From: Thermodesulfobacteriota bacterium
GTDB lineage: Bacteria; Desulfobacterota; Desulfobacteria; Desulfobacterales; SURF-7
Length of the DNA stretch: 64,000 nt
NCBI GenBank assembly: GCA_049320885.1
Contig: JBMORA010000009.1
Span: 64,001 to 128,000 of the forward strand
Reading direction: 5' to 3'
Positions 48,613-57,093 of this stretch are shown piece by piece; position 1 is the stretch's first letter, and the number at the start of each line of letters is the position of its first letter. The notes under the pieces are model-generated. The model did no database searches, was not told where the DNA came from, and saw nothing but the letters and a program-made list of their open reading frames with translations. The translations under genes and the position numbers were made by a program.

Positions 48613-49377
48613 TCAGACCGCGCTGGCGCCGCCATCCACCAGAAGGGTCTGGCCGGTGATGAAACCGGCGCCAGCCGAGCACAAAAACAGAACCGGATGG
48701 GCGATGTCCATGGGCTCCGGAATCCGTCCAAGGGGGATGGTTTTGACGATCTGTTCGTGAAGCTGCGGGTTGGACCAGAACAGTTGGCTGAAGCCGGTTT
48801 TCACCATGGACGGGGCCACGGCGTTGACCTGAATATTGAAAGCGGCAAGTTCCTGGGCCAGCACCCGGGTCATCATTTCAATTCCGGCTTTGGCGATTCC
48901 ATAGATTCCCATGGCCGGCGCAGCGCGGCGGCCGGCAATGGAAGAGATGCTGACGATTTTACCGCTTTTCTGTTCCCGCATGATTTTTCCGGCCTTCCGG
49001 GAACACAAATAGGTCCCGCCGAGATTGGAATCGATGATTTTTTGCCAGAGGGCCGGATCCGCGTCCAGCAAGTTCGTGACGATGTTCATGCCTGCATTGT
49101 TGATCAGTCCGTCCACCTGGCCGAAACGTTCAAGAGTCTGCTGAAACAGGCGGTCCACATCGGCTTCCTTGCCCACATGGGCGGATACGGTCAGCAAGCG
49201 ATCATCCCCGGCGCCCAGCGCCTCCCTGGCCGCGGCCAAACCTTCTTCTTTCCGCCCGCAGATCACCACCCGGGCGCTCTCCCGCAACAGCAGTTTCGCG
49301 ATTTCCAGACCGATGCCGCGGCTTCCTCCGGTGACCACGAATACTTTGTCGACAAGACCGTATGATGGTTGATGCAT
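48613..49377 (-). CDS. SDR family oxidoreductase
   Basis: TGGSRGIG, NNAG, YGIAK, GQTLLVDGG. Confidence 0.93.
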   Translation of the reverse strand: MHQPSYGLVDKVFVVTGGSRGIGLEIAKLLLRESARVVICGRKEEGLAAAREALGAGDDRLLTVSAHVGKEADVDRLFQQTLERFGQVDGLINNAGMNIVTNLLDADPALWQKIIDSNLGGTYLCSRKAGKIMREQKSGKIVSISSIAGRRAAPAMGIYGIAKAGIEMMTRVLAQELAAFNIQVNAVAPSMVKTGFSQLFWSNPQLHEQIVKTIPLGRIPEPMDIAHPVLFLCSAGAGFITGQTLLVDGGASAV

Positions 49378-49394
49378 GCTGCTTTCCTTTCGCG

Positions 49395-50162
49395 TTAGAG
49401 GGTTGCCGCGATAATCGCCGCTCCGATGGCTCCATTCACCTGGGCGTTGTCATAGACCATGATGGGGGCGTTCAATTTTTTTTCCATGGCCTTGACGACA
49501 CCGATGTTCTTGGCGACGCCGCCGGTCATCATGATCGGGGGCTGAATGCCGATGCGGTTGCCCATGGCGAGTACCCTGGAGGCAATGGATTCATGGATTC
49601 CGGCGATGATGTTGGCGCGTTTTTCTCCTTTGGAAATCAATGAGATCACTTCGGATTCGGCAAAAACAGTACACAGGCTGCTGATCACCGCGGCGTTATC
49701 GGCCGTCAGGGACAAGCTGCCGAAGGCGTCCAGATCCACCTCTAGCGCCCGGGCCATCACTTCCAGAAAGCGGCCGGTTCCGGCGGCGCATTTATCGTTC
49801 ATGGCAAAATCCTTGACCTTGCCGTCGGCGTCGATGACAATCGCCTTGCTGTCCTGGCCGCCGATATCGATGATGCCCCGGGTGTCCGGGTGATGAAAAT
49901 GGGCACCCACCGCATGGCAGGTGATTTCCGTCACCGCCTTGTGGGCAAAGGTCACGCTGTTGCGGCCGTAACCGGTGGCGATGACGCGCTGAACCTCATC
50001 CGGCCGGATATTCAGCTGACGCAACAATTCGTTGTAGACCTGCTGCCCCGCGTTACGGGCATTGTATCCGGTCAGGATCACATGCGTGCCGAGAACGGTA
50101 TGGTTGTCGATGGCGGCGGCCTTGGCGCTGATGGAGCCGATATCAACTCCGACGGTAATCAT
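49395..50162 (-). CDS. 2-hydroxyacyl-CoA dehydratase activator (HgdC/BadF-type ATPase)
   Basis: GVDIGS, TGYGR, EITCH, DIGGQDSK, MNDKCAAGTGRFLE, CTVFAESE. Confidence 0.93.
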   Translation of the reverse strand: MITVGVDIGSISAKAAAIDNHTVLGTHVILTGYNARNAGQQVYNELLRQLNIRPDEVQRVIATGYGRNSVTFAHKAVTEITCHAVGAHFHHPDTRGIIDIGGQDSKAIVIDADGKVKDFAMNDKCAAGTGRFLEVMARALEVDLDAFGSLSLTADNAAVISSLCTVFAESEVISLISKGEKRANIIAGIHESIASRVLAMGNRIGIQPPIMMTGGVAKNIGVVKAMEKKLNAPIMVYDNAQVNGAIGAAIIAATL

Positions 50163-50242
50163 GAATCACCTCTTTGAAAGACATGCAATGAATTATGGCC
50201 AATACCATCTTCCGCAGCGTCGTGCAACAGACGTCAGGGGAA

Positions 50243-51481
50243 TTATTTCAGCATTTCAATGAATGCGTCGATCCGGGTTTCGATCTGGCCTTCGGAAAAA
50301 TTGCGCTCATCCACCATATCCGCTTCGATCATCAGGGTCGGCAGGCCGCGCTGTTCCTGAACGATCCGCTGGATATCATACTGGCCGAGGGAATACGGCT
50401 TGCAGCTGCGGTTGGAATGGAGCACCAGTCCATCCACCTGGTACTTGTCGGCCATTTTGATGATCCGGGCAGCCATTTCATCCGTTCCGGTATTGAGGAA
50501 AATACGGGTATAGCATTCGGCCATGGAACCCAGAAAATTATTTTCATCCAGATATTCCATGGAGCTGCACCAGCCGGAGGTGTAGGTGTCGGCCACCAGG
50601 CAGGCGTCATGGGCGGCGAACTTTTCGGATAGCCAGCGGGTTTTGAACCAGATGGGCAGGTTATCCCACAGCAGGCGGTATTTTTCATTCGGCAGCATGG
50701 AGATGCCCGCCGCGATGCGTTCCTTCATTTCCGAAAGCAGCATTTCGTAATAATCCACCACTTCCTGTTTGCCGCGCAGGGTGACGATCAGGGCCAGATG
50801 GAAAAACGCGTCGAAGCAAGTCATGGGCGCCGGTTTGTGCATGGTCGTATCCAGGACCGCCTGCCACAGGCGCTGCCCCTTGATGGATAACATGCCGACT
50901 TCCTGCATGCGGTCGTAGTCAAACGGCTTGCCGCAGACGGCTTCCAGAAAGGCGATGTATTCCATGATTTGCTTTTCAACGTAGCGCTTGATTTCCGGGG
51001 AATATTCCTTGTGGCAGATGGGCGTATCCAGGATGAACAGCGGGACGTTGAAATAGCGGGCCTGGACTTCATACCATTTCAGAACGGTGCCACAGATGTT
51101 GTTGCAGCAGATCAGCATGTCCGGTTTGGGCAGACCGCCGATGGGTCCGCCGTTGACAATGGCGCTGGCGATATCGGCCCGGGCATAGGAGCATAAATCC
51201 CGGGCATACCCCATTTCTTCGGATTTTTCGCACAGGGCGACCCCCATTTTGCTGGCTCCGATCATGGCGCCGTAGTTTTCCGGGTAGACCGGGATGACAT
51301 CCATGACGATCAGGGGTTCAACCGGTCCGCCGCTGGTGATCCAGGCGATTTTTTTGCCGGTTTGTTCCGTGGGCGTTTTGGCTTCGATGTAATACGCCGT
51401 CATGATATCCTTCATTTTCCGGACGGCCTTGATTTTCCGTTTTTCGTTTTCCGGGTCTTTGACCTGAGCGGCTTGTGACAT
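50243..51481 (-). CDS. 2-hydroxyacyl-CoA dehydratase family subunit
   Basis: YPEN, DLCSY, NNICG..KW, NRSCKP, IEADMVD, ETRIDAFIE. Confidence 0.88.
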   Translation of the reverse strand: MSQAAQVKDPENEKRKIKAVRKMKDIMTAYYIEAKTPTEQTGKKIAWITSGGPVEPLIVMDVIPVYPENYGAMIGASKMGVALCEKSEEMGYARDLCSYARADIASAIVNGGPIGGLPKPDMLICCNNICGTVLKWYEVQARYFNVPLFILDTPICHKEYSPEIKRYVEKQIMEYIAFLEAVCGKPFDYDRMQEVGMLSIKGQRLWQAVLDTTMHKPAPMTCFDAFFHLALIVTLRGKQEVVDYYEMLLSEMKERIAAGISMLPNEKYRLLWDNLPIWFKTRWLSEKFAAHDACLVADTYTSGWCSSMEYLDENNFLGSMAECYTRIFLNTGTDEMAARIIKMADKYQVDGLVLHSNRSCKPYSLGQYDIQRIVQEQRGLPTLMIEADMVDERNFSEGQIETRIDAFIEMLK

Positions 51482-51514
51482 GGTATGCTCCTTGATGAAT
51501 GGTTGCTACTCGGG

Positions 51515-52630
51515 TTACAGCATTTCCATAAAGGCTTCGCAGCGGGTGCGCAACTGCCCTTCGGAAGCGGTCTGGTCCTCGATTTCCAGCATCAGGTGAG
51601 GAATCCCTTCTTTTTCGAGCATGGTTTTCATATACGGGTAATCAAAGGCATGGGGATCGCAGAACTTCAGGAAGACGAAGATGACGCCTTTCGCGCCGTA
51701 CTCCTTCACCTGTTTCAAAAGGTAATCGCCCCGATTGGTGTTGCCGGAATGTTTCGCGGGGCAGACCACGCGGTTCAGATACCGATCGGCAATGGCCGCC
51801 ACTATGTCTCCCCGGTCATCGATCCGGCCTTCGAAATAGCGGGCGCCGGTGCAAAAATCGTCCCATACGACACGGCCGCCGGAAGACTCGATCACCCGGT
51901 AAATATCCGGCATGTTGCACAGGCCGCCGGTCAGAACGATGCGCTTCCCTTCAGCCGTGGAGTCCCGGCCGGGGTCCAGGGCAGCCAGAAAATCCTCCAG
52001 GACCGAGCTGAAATCCGCTCGGTCCATGATCATGGATGCCCTGAAAATGGTATGGACATCGCTGCTGCCGACAGCCCCGGGATGGTTGCGCCGGATGGCG
52101 TACAGCCGGGACAGTCCGTCACGGATGCGGTTATAGGTCCGGACGGCCGCGCCGAGCTGTTGATCGCCGATTTCGGCCGCCAGGGCTGTCTGCAGCTCGC
52201 TCCTGAATTTGTTCAGCACGTCCACCATGTAGGCCCCGGCGCTGTCCGTATTCAGTTTTACGGGCAGGACCACATCCAGATGAAATTTACCTTTGATATT
52301 CAAACGCCATATATCGGACAGGCGCTGGATGGAATCACAGGTATGGGGAAAGACCGTCCCGTCCAGAAAATCAAGGCGGCCGGCCAGGGCGTCCTCCAAT
52401 GCGCCGCGGACAAGGCTGCAGCTATAGGCCTGGAGGTGGGCGTCGGCCTTGGATATGCCCGTGCTGCTGCCGAAAATGCGATAGGGCAGGGCGCCCGCCG
52501 CGGTGATGATTTCTTCCGGCGTGTAGGAACAAAAGTGGCCGACGATGCTGCCGCCGGTTTTTCGTTTCCATTCCATCGCATACCTGTCGGGATAGCGGAC
52601 GATTTCCGAGAAAAGTGATAGGGGCTCCAT
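51515..52630 (-). CDS. 2-hydroxyacyl-CoA dehydratase family subunit
   Basis: CSYTPEE, CS, HTCDS, DDFCTG.R, KFCDPH, TRCEAFME. Confidence 0.88.
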   Translation of the reverse strand: MEPLSLFSEIVRYPDRYAMEWKRKTGGSIVGHFCSYTPEEIITAAGALPYRIFGSSTGISKADAHLQAYSCSLVRGALEDALAGRLDFLDGTVFPHTCDSIQRLSDIWRLNIKGKFHLDVVLPVKLNTDSAGAYMVDVLNKFRSELQTALAAEIGDQQLGAAVRTYNRIRDGLSRLYAIRRNHPGAVGSSDVHTIFRASMIMDRADFSSVLEDFLAALDPGRDSTAEGKRIVLTGGLCNMPDIYRVIESSGGRVVWDDFCTGARYFEGRIDDRGDIVAAIADRYLNRVVCPAKHSGNTNRGDYLLKQVKEYGAKGVIFVFLKFCDPHAFDYPYMKTMLEKEGIPHLMLEIEDQTASEGQLRTRCEAFMEML

Positions 52631-52713
52631 GGGACGTCTCCTTCTGTTCTGCTTCGCTCGCCGGTAATTCATCGGCTGGCAGCTTGAATCCGGCTCGCAA
52701 TTTGAATCTTAAA

Positions 52714-52761
52714 ACATACCGAACAGTCTGTTTATGTAATACAGGGGAAAACCGGTGTCAA
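52714..52761 (-). promoter_or_regulatory. Sigma70 promoter with overlapping palindromic operator
   Basis: Minus-strand TTGACA-17-TACATA; imperfect palindrome ACATACCGAACAGTCTGTTTATGT (52714-52737). Confidence 0.55.
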
Positions 52762-52797
52762 TATGTAGTTGGCCGCCGATGGATCAGCGCCCGGAAT

Positions 52798-53538
52798 TCA
52801 GTGGATTGTCGGCTTTTTCGGCTCATCGTCCCGTTTCCGGCCGTCGATGACGGTGAAGCGTGCCCGGCGGCGGCGATACTGCCAGTTCCCGTAAGCCGAT
52901 CGCAGGCGGAGGATCGGATGGAGGTTGCCGAATCCTTTGAAATAGGCGTAGCCCATTAAAATACCGCCCAGATGGTAGGCGCCGGCCGGATTGGTCTTGG
53001 CCAGAAACGTCAAAAGGGTGATCAGAGCGGTTCCGTAGCTGATATATCTGGCTTTGACCGGCAGGATGAACATCAGCAGCATCGTGGCCTCGGGATTCAA
53101 CAAGCCGAATACGACCATCAGGGCCAATATGCTGGGCACCATGCCCATGAAAGGCTGATCCAGACCGGGCACCATGCTGAAGATGAGCCCCGGGACAGCG
53201 CCCCCCAAGGCCGCCAGAAAGAAAAGGATCAGGAACCGCCGGCGGCCCATGGCGTGTTCCACGGGTGCGGCGATGAAATAGAAAGCCAGGCAGCTGAATA
53301 GAAACGACACCGGGAATTGGGGCGGCTGAATAAACGGGTGGGTGATCACCTGAAAGGGATGAAAGCGCGGATCGGTCAGGGGGAACATGGCGAGGGTTTC
53401 AACCAGGGGCAGGCCGAGCCAGTGCTCCACCAGAAGCTCGATGACGTAAATCCCAACATAGACCAGCAGCAGGGTTTTGCCCAGACGGGTGAGGCCGCCG
53501 CCGAATCCGGCAGGGGTTAATGTGGCGTGGGGTTGCAT
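52798..53538 (-). CDS. Rhomboid-family membrane protein
   Basis: FQVITHPF, VE..MG, LMFILPVKA, HLGG; C-terminal FTVIDG..TIH. Confidence 0.8.
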   Translation of the reverse strand: MQPHATLTPAGFGGGLTRLGKTLLLVYVGIYVIELLVEHWLGLPLVETLAMFPLTDPRFHPFQVITHPFIQPPQFPVSFLFSCLAFYFIAAPVEHAMGRRRFLILFFLAALGGAVPGLIFSMVPGLDQPFMGMVPSILALMVVFGLLNPEATMLLMFILPVKARYISYGTALITLLTFLAKTNPAGAYHLGGILMGYAYFKGFGNLHPILRLRSAYGNWQYRRRRARFTVIDGRKRDDEPKKPTIH

Positions 53539-53671
53539 GTTTTTCCTCCGGTCCTGGCCGGACTTGTTGGGTTATGGTACATCCGCTGCGTCCGGAAACA
53601 GGTCTTGTCTATCAAGATACGGCATGCCTGTAAAGAGGGTTTCCGCATCGGCTGCCGTGCCAGGATATTGA

Positions 53672-53700
53672 TTGACAACAGGCTGTTATTAAAATATAAA
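53672..53700 (+). promoter_or_regulatory. Sigma70 promoter
   Basis: TTGACA-17-TATAAA. Confidence 0.65.
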
Positions 53701-53861
53701 TATCAAAAGAGCAGTTCGTATTTTGATCAGAATCACGCCAGGCCGATCCGTTTCAGGCAAACGGATTGCATTCCAACCGTTTTTACGTTCCGTCCGTCGA
53801 CAGGTTGGGCCGTTTTCGGGTAACGGCCATATCCATGATATCCTTACCATGGGAGGTGTGC

Positions 53862-54587
53862 ATGAAACGGTTTTCTTTGATGTGTTTTTTTCTGTTGTTG
53901 CCGGTCATTGCTTGGGCGGAGAAAGTGGTTTTTGTCAGCGAGGATTATCCGCCGTATGAGTACATGGAGAATGGTAAGGTCGTGGGTTTTGACGCGGACA
54001 TTATCCGGGAGGTCTGTTCCCGCATCGGCGTTGAGGCGGATTTCAAGCAATGGCCCTGGAAACGGGCCATGGTCAAGGTCAAGGACGGTTCGGTGGACGC
54101 CATTTTTTCGCTGTTTCGCACTCCGGAGCGGGAGGAGTTTCTGATTTTCCCGGCGGAACCGCTCAGCTCGGAAAAAAATGTGGTCATCGTCCGCAAGGGC
54201 AGCCCGTTGAAACTCACCAGGCTCGATGATTTAAAAGGTAAAACCGTGGGCGTGGTGGTGGAATATTCCTATGGCGCCGAATTCGACAATTTTTCGGGAA
54301 TTGAAAAGGAAGTCTGCAAAAGCACGGAAAACATGCTGCAAAAATTGGATGCGAAGCGCATGGACATCGCCGTAATCAACGAGCATGTCATGCGCTACCT
54401 CAGCCGCAAGCTCGGATTGCAGGACCGTTTCGACATCCAATTTGTCTTGAACGAGGACCCCATGTACGTGGGTTTTTCCAAAGCCAAGGGCGGCCGCAGC
54501 CAGGAGCTGGCCGATAAATTTTCCGCCACCCTGAAGCAACTGAAGACCGAGGGCCGGCTTGCGGCCATCATGGCCGCTTATAAATAA
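53862..54587 (+). CDS. Orphan family-3 periplasmic substrate-binding protein
   Basis: Signal peptide; DYPPY, GFD.DI, PWKRA, TPER; GGAGG RBS. Confidence 0.88.
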   Translation: MKRFSLMCFFLLLPVIAWAEKVVFVSEDYPPYEYMENGKVVGFDADIIREVCSRIGVEADFKQWPWKRAMVKVKDGSVDAIFSLFRTPEREEFLIFPAEPLSSEKNVVIVRKGSPLKLTRLDDLKGKTVGVVVEYSYGAEFDNFSGIEKEVCKSTENMLQKLDAKRMDIAVINEHVMRYLSRKLGLQDRFDIQFVLNEDPMYVGFSKAKGGRSQELADKFSATLKQLKTEGRLAAIMAAYK

Positions 54588-54695
54588 TGGTTATTTCGAG
54601 ATTGAATCTTCGGGATTGTTCGGATAAAAACAGTGACCCATCAGGGAGATGTTGGCGAATTTCCGGTAAACCGTGTCCGATCATTGTAAAAGGCG

Positions 54696-55838
54696 ATGTT
54701 CATGAAAACCGGTAGACAAACGAAAGGATTCGGCCAATCCGGTTTGGTATGGCTGACGGCGCTTTTGGTGCTTTCCGGATTGGGATGCCATAAAAAAATG
54801 ACATTCGAATCCACCCCGACGTCGCCTGCGGCTTTTGTTGCAGACTCAGAACCTGCGGTTGACTTAGGCGACCTGGCAAGAAGCGAGAAGGCCGAAGCGG
54901 AAACGGCGGTTTTTGTCGATCAACGGATGATCTTCTACGACGGTTTTGTCAAACTCCGGGCGGTGAAGCCGGAAGAGGTTATCGATGCCGCCTCGAAACT
55001 GGCGGCATCGGCCGGCGGCTACGTGGAACAGATGCGGCCGGGAAGGGTCGTTCTGCGGATTCCCGCGGCCCAATTCGAGGTGGTCTACCAGGCGGCCTTG
55101 AAACTGGCGGAAGTGCTGGAAAAATCTGTGAGCGCCCGGGATATCACGGAGTCTTTTCAGGATACGGCCTTGCGGTTGAGCACGGCTGTCGCGGCCCGGG
55201 ACCGGCTGGTGGAACTGCTGGGTCAATCCAGGGACGAAAAGGAAAAAATCCGGCTGTTGAAGGAAATCCAGCGGCTGAACGATCAGATCGAAAGTCTGGA
55301 AAACCTGAAGGCCATGCTGTCGACCATGGCGGCCTTTTCCAAGCTTACGATCCTGGTGGAGCAGCGCAGGCTGGTTTCCGGCCGCGCCGATCCGGAGGAG
55401 ATCGCCGAGTTCAGATGGATTTCGTTGCTTTCGCCGTTCAAGCGGGAGGCGCAACCGGATTCCCGGCGTCTGGATTTTGCCGTTCCGCCGGATATGCTGG
55501 CGCTCGACCGGGAAGGGCTGTTCATCGCCGAGGGAGCGGACGGCGCCGCCTTCTGGTCCACGACCCGCCCGAATCGTCCGGAAGGGGACAACGCTTTCTG
55601 GATCGAAGCCATCAAGGTGCGCCTTTCGCCTGAATTCAAGGAGGTCGACACCCGGCAGGCCGGGGACTTCACCATCGTCCGGTTTGTCGAAAACGCTGAA
55701 ACACCCTATGTGTATCTGATCGGGGTGAACATCGCGGAAAAGCGGCTGGAATTGGTTCAGGTCTACTTCCCTTCCAAGAGCCATGAGGAGCGATACGGCG
55801 CCGGAATTTTGGATTCCATCACGCGAGGTGCCCGATGA
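54696..55838 (+). CDS. DUF4349 lipoprotein with extra C-terminal domain
   Basis: Lipobox-like GLGC; GGYVE..LRIPA..DIT..D..RL coiled coil. Confidence 0.78.
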   Translation: MFMKTGRQTKGFGQSGLVWLTALLVLSGLGCHKKMTFESTPTSPAAFVADSEPAVDLGDLARSEKAEAETAVFVDQRMIFYDGFVKLRAVKPEEVIDAASKLAASAGGYVEQMRPGRVVLRIPAAQFEVVYQAALKLAEVLEKSVSARDITESFQDTALRLSTAVAARDRLVELLGQSRDEKEKIRLLKEIQRLNDQIESLENLKAMLSTMAAFSKLTILVEQRRLVSGRADPEEIAEFRWISLLSPFKREAQPDSRRLDFAVPPDMLALDREGLFIAEGADGAAFWSTTRPNRPEGDNAFWIEAIKVRLSPEFKEVDTRQAGDFTIVRFVENAETPYVYLIGVNIAEKRLELVQVYFPSKSHEERYGAGILDSITRGAR

Positions 55839-56470
55839 GCGGCCGCAGCGACTGCCGGGGGCGATTTACCGCAAGCCTGATCCTGCTGGCTGTTCTTGCG
55901 GGCGTTTGCACGCCGGTTTTCGCCCAGTCCCCGGGAGCGATGACTTCCAGGATGGTTCTGAAGGTGAGCGATCCGGACCGCATCGCGGACCTGCTGGCGG
56001 AAAAGGCCGTTGCCATGGGGGGCTATTTCGTCGAGCGCGACAATCGTTCCATCAGACTCAAAATTCCGTCGGCGTCCATCGAAGCGTTTGGCGAGTTTGC
56101 CATGGCTAAGGGAACGGTCCTGACCAGGGAACTGAGCAGTGAAGACGTCTTCTCGATTTTAACCGAGAAAAAAGCCCGGCTGAAATCGAAACGCCGCGTG
56201 CAGGCTCAATATCTTGATGTCCTGAAAACCGCCCGGGCCGACGCCGTCGTCATGGTGGAAAAGGAGATCGCGGCACTGGTGCAGGAAATCGAGATCCTGC
56301 AGGGCGAGATCCGGCTGCTGGAGCATCGCCTGGCTTTTGCCGAAGCCCTCATCGAGTTTACCTTCAAGGATCGCTCCGCGCCGCCGGTGAGCGGAAATTC
56401 TTCGTTTCCCTGGCTGAATACCGTCAACATCACCGATCTTCTGGAAGAGTTTCAACATGAACGCGAATAA
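55835..56470 (+). CDS. DUF4349 exported protein
   Basis: Signal peptide; GGYFV..LKIPS..EDV..EIE.LQG. Confidence 0.75.
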   Translation: MSGRSDCRGRFTASLILLAVLAGVCTPVFAQSPGAMTSRMVLKVSDPDRIADLLAEKAVAMGGYFVERDNRSIRLKIPSASIEAFGEFAMAKGTVLTRELSSEDVFSILTEKKARLKSKRRVQAQYLDVLKTARADAVVMVEKEIAALVQEIEILQGEIRLLEHRLAFAEALIEFTFKDRSAPPVSGNSSFPWLNTVNITDLLEEFQHERE

Positions 56471-56924
56471 ACCCCATGCCATGATGCTCCTGCTGTTGCT
56501 GCTGCTGATCGTTGGCGCCGGCTGTCCCGCGCGGCAACAATGGATCGCGCCAGCCGGATTTGCCGTATATCCGAATGAAAAACCGCTCAAGGCCGTCAGT
56601 CCGGACGGGGTGGTGTACCGGGTCAGGGTCGAACCCAACAAGCAATATCGGGCCGGCTTGCCTTTCTGGAAGGAGGCCATGAAAAAACGGATGCTCGATG
56701 TGGGCTATGTCTTCCAGCGGGAAACCGACATTACGGCCAACGGTAAATCCGGCTATCTGCTGGAGCTGGCCGCTCCGGTGGGCGCAAAAGATTACCTTTA
56801 TCTGATCGCCTTTTTCATCGACGATGAAGACAACCTCGTCATCATGGAGTCCGCCGGCGAGGTCACCCGCTTTGATCCCCGCCGCAAGGATATCGTCACC
56901 GCCATCCAGACAACCCGATTTTGA
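56457..56924 (+). CDS. Hypothetical lipoprotein
   Basis: Leu-rich h-region ending VGAGC; overlaps the upstream gene. Confidence 0.75.
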   Translation: MNANKPHAMMLLLLLLLIVGAGCPARQQWIAPAGFAVYPNEKPLKAVSPDGVVYRVRVEPNKQYRAGLPFWKEAMKKRMLDVGYVFQRETDITANGKSGYLLELAAPVGAKDYLYLIAFFIDDEDNLVIMESAGEVTRFDPRRKDIVTAIQTTRF

Positions 56925-57093
56925 TCAAATCCGAAGAGGCCGCTGTCGGAACCGGATTTGCATCTTGTACCCCGGTGGAATTCTATGATAGAGGGTTTTT
57001 ACGCTCATCTTTCTGTCATCGCGCTGTTTTCCGATTCCCGAAAGGGCGTTCGGGAAGGCGGAGAAACGGATATCCAACCAGGCGGGTTATGCT

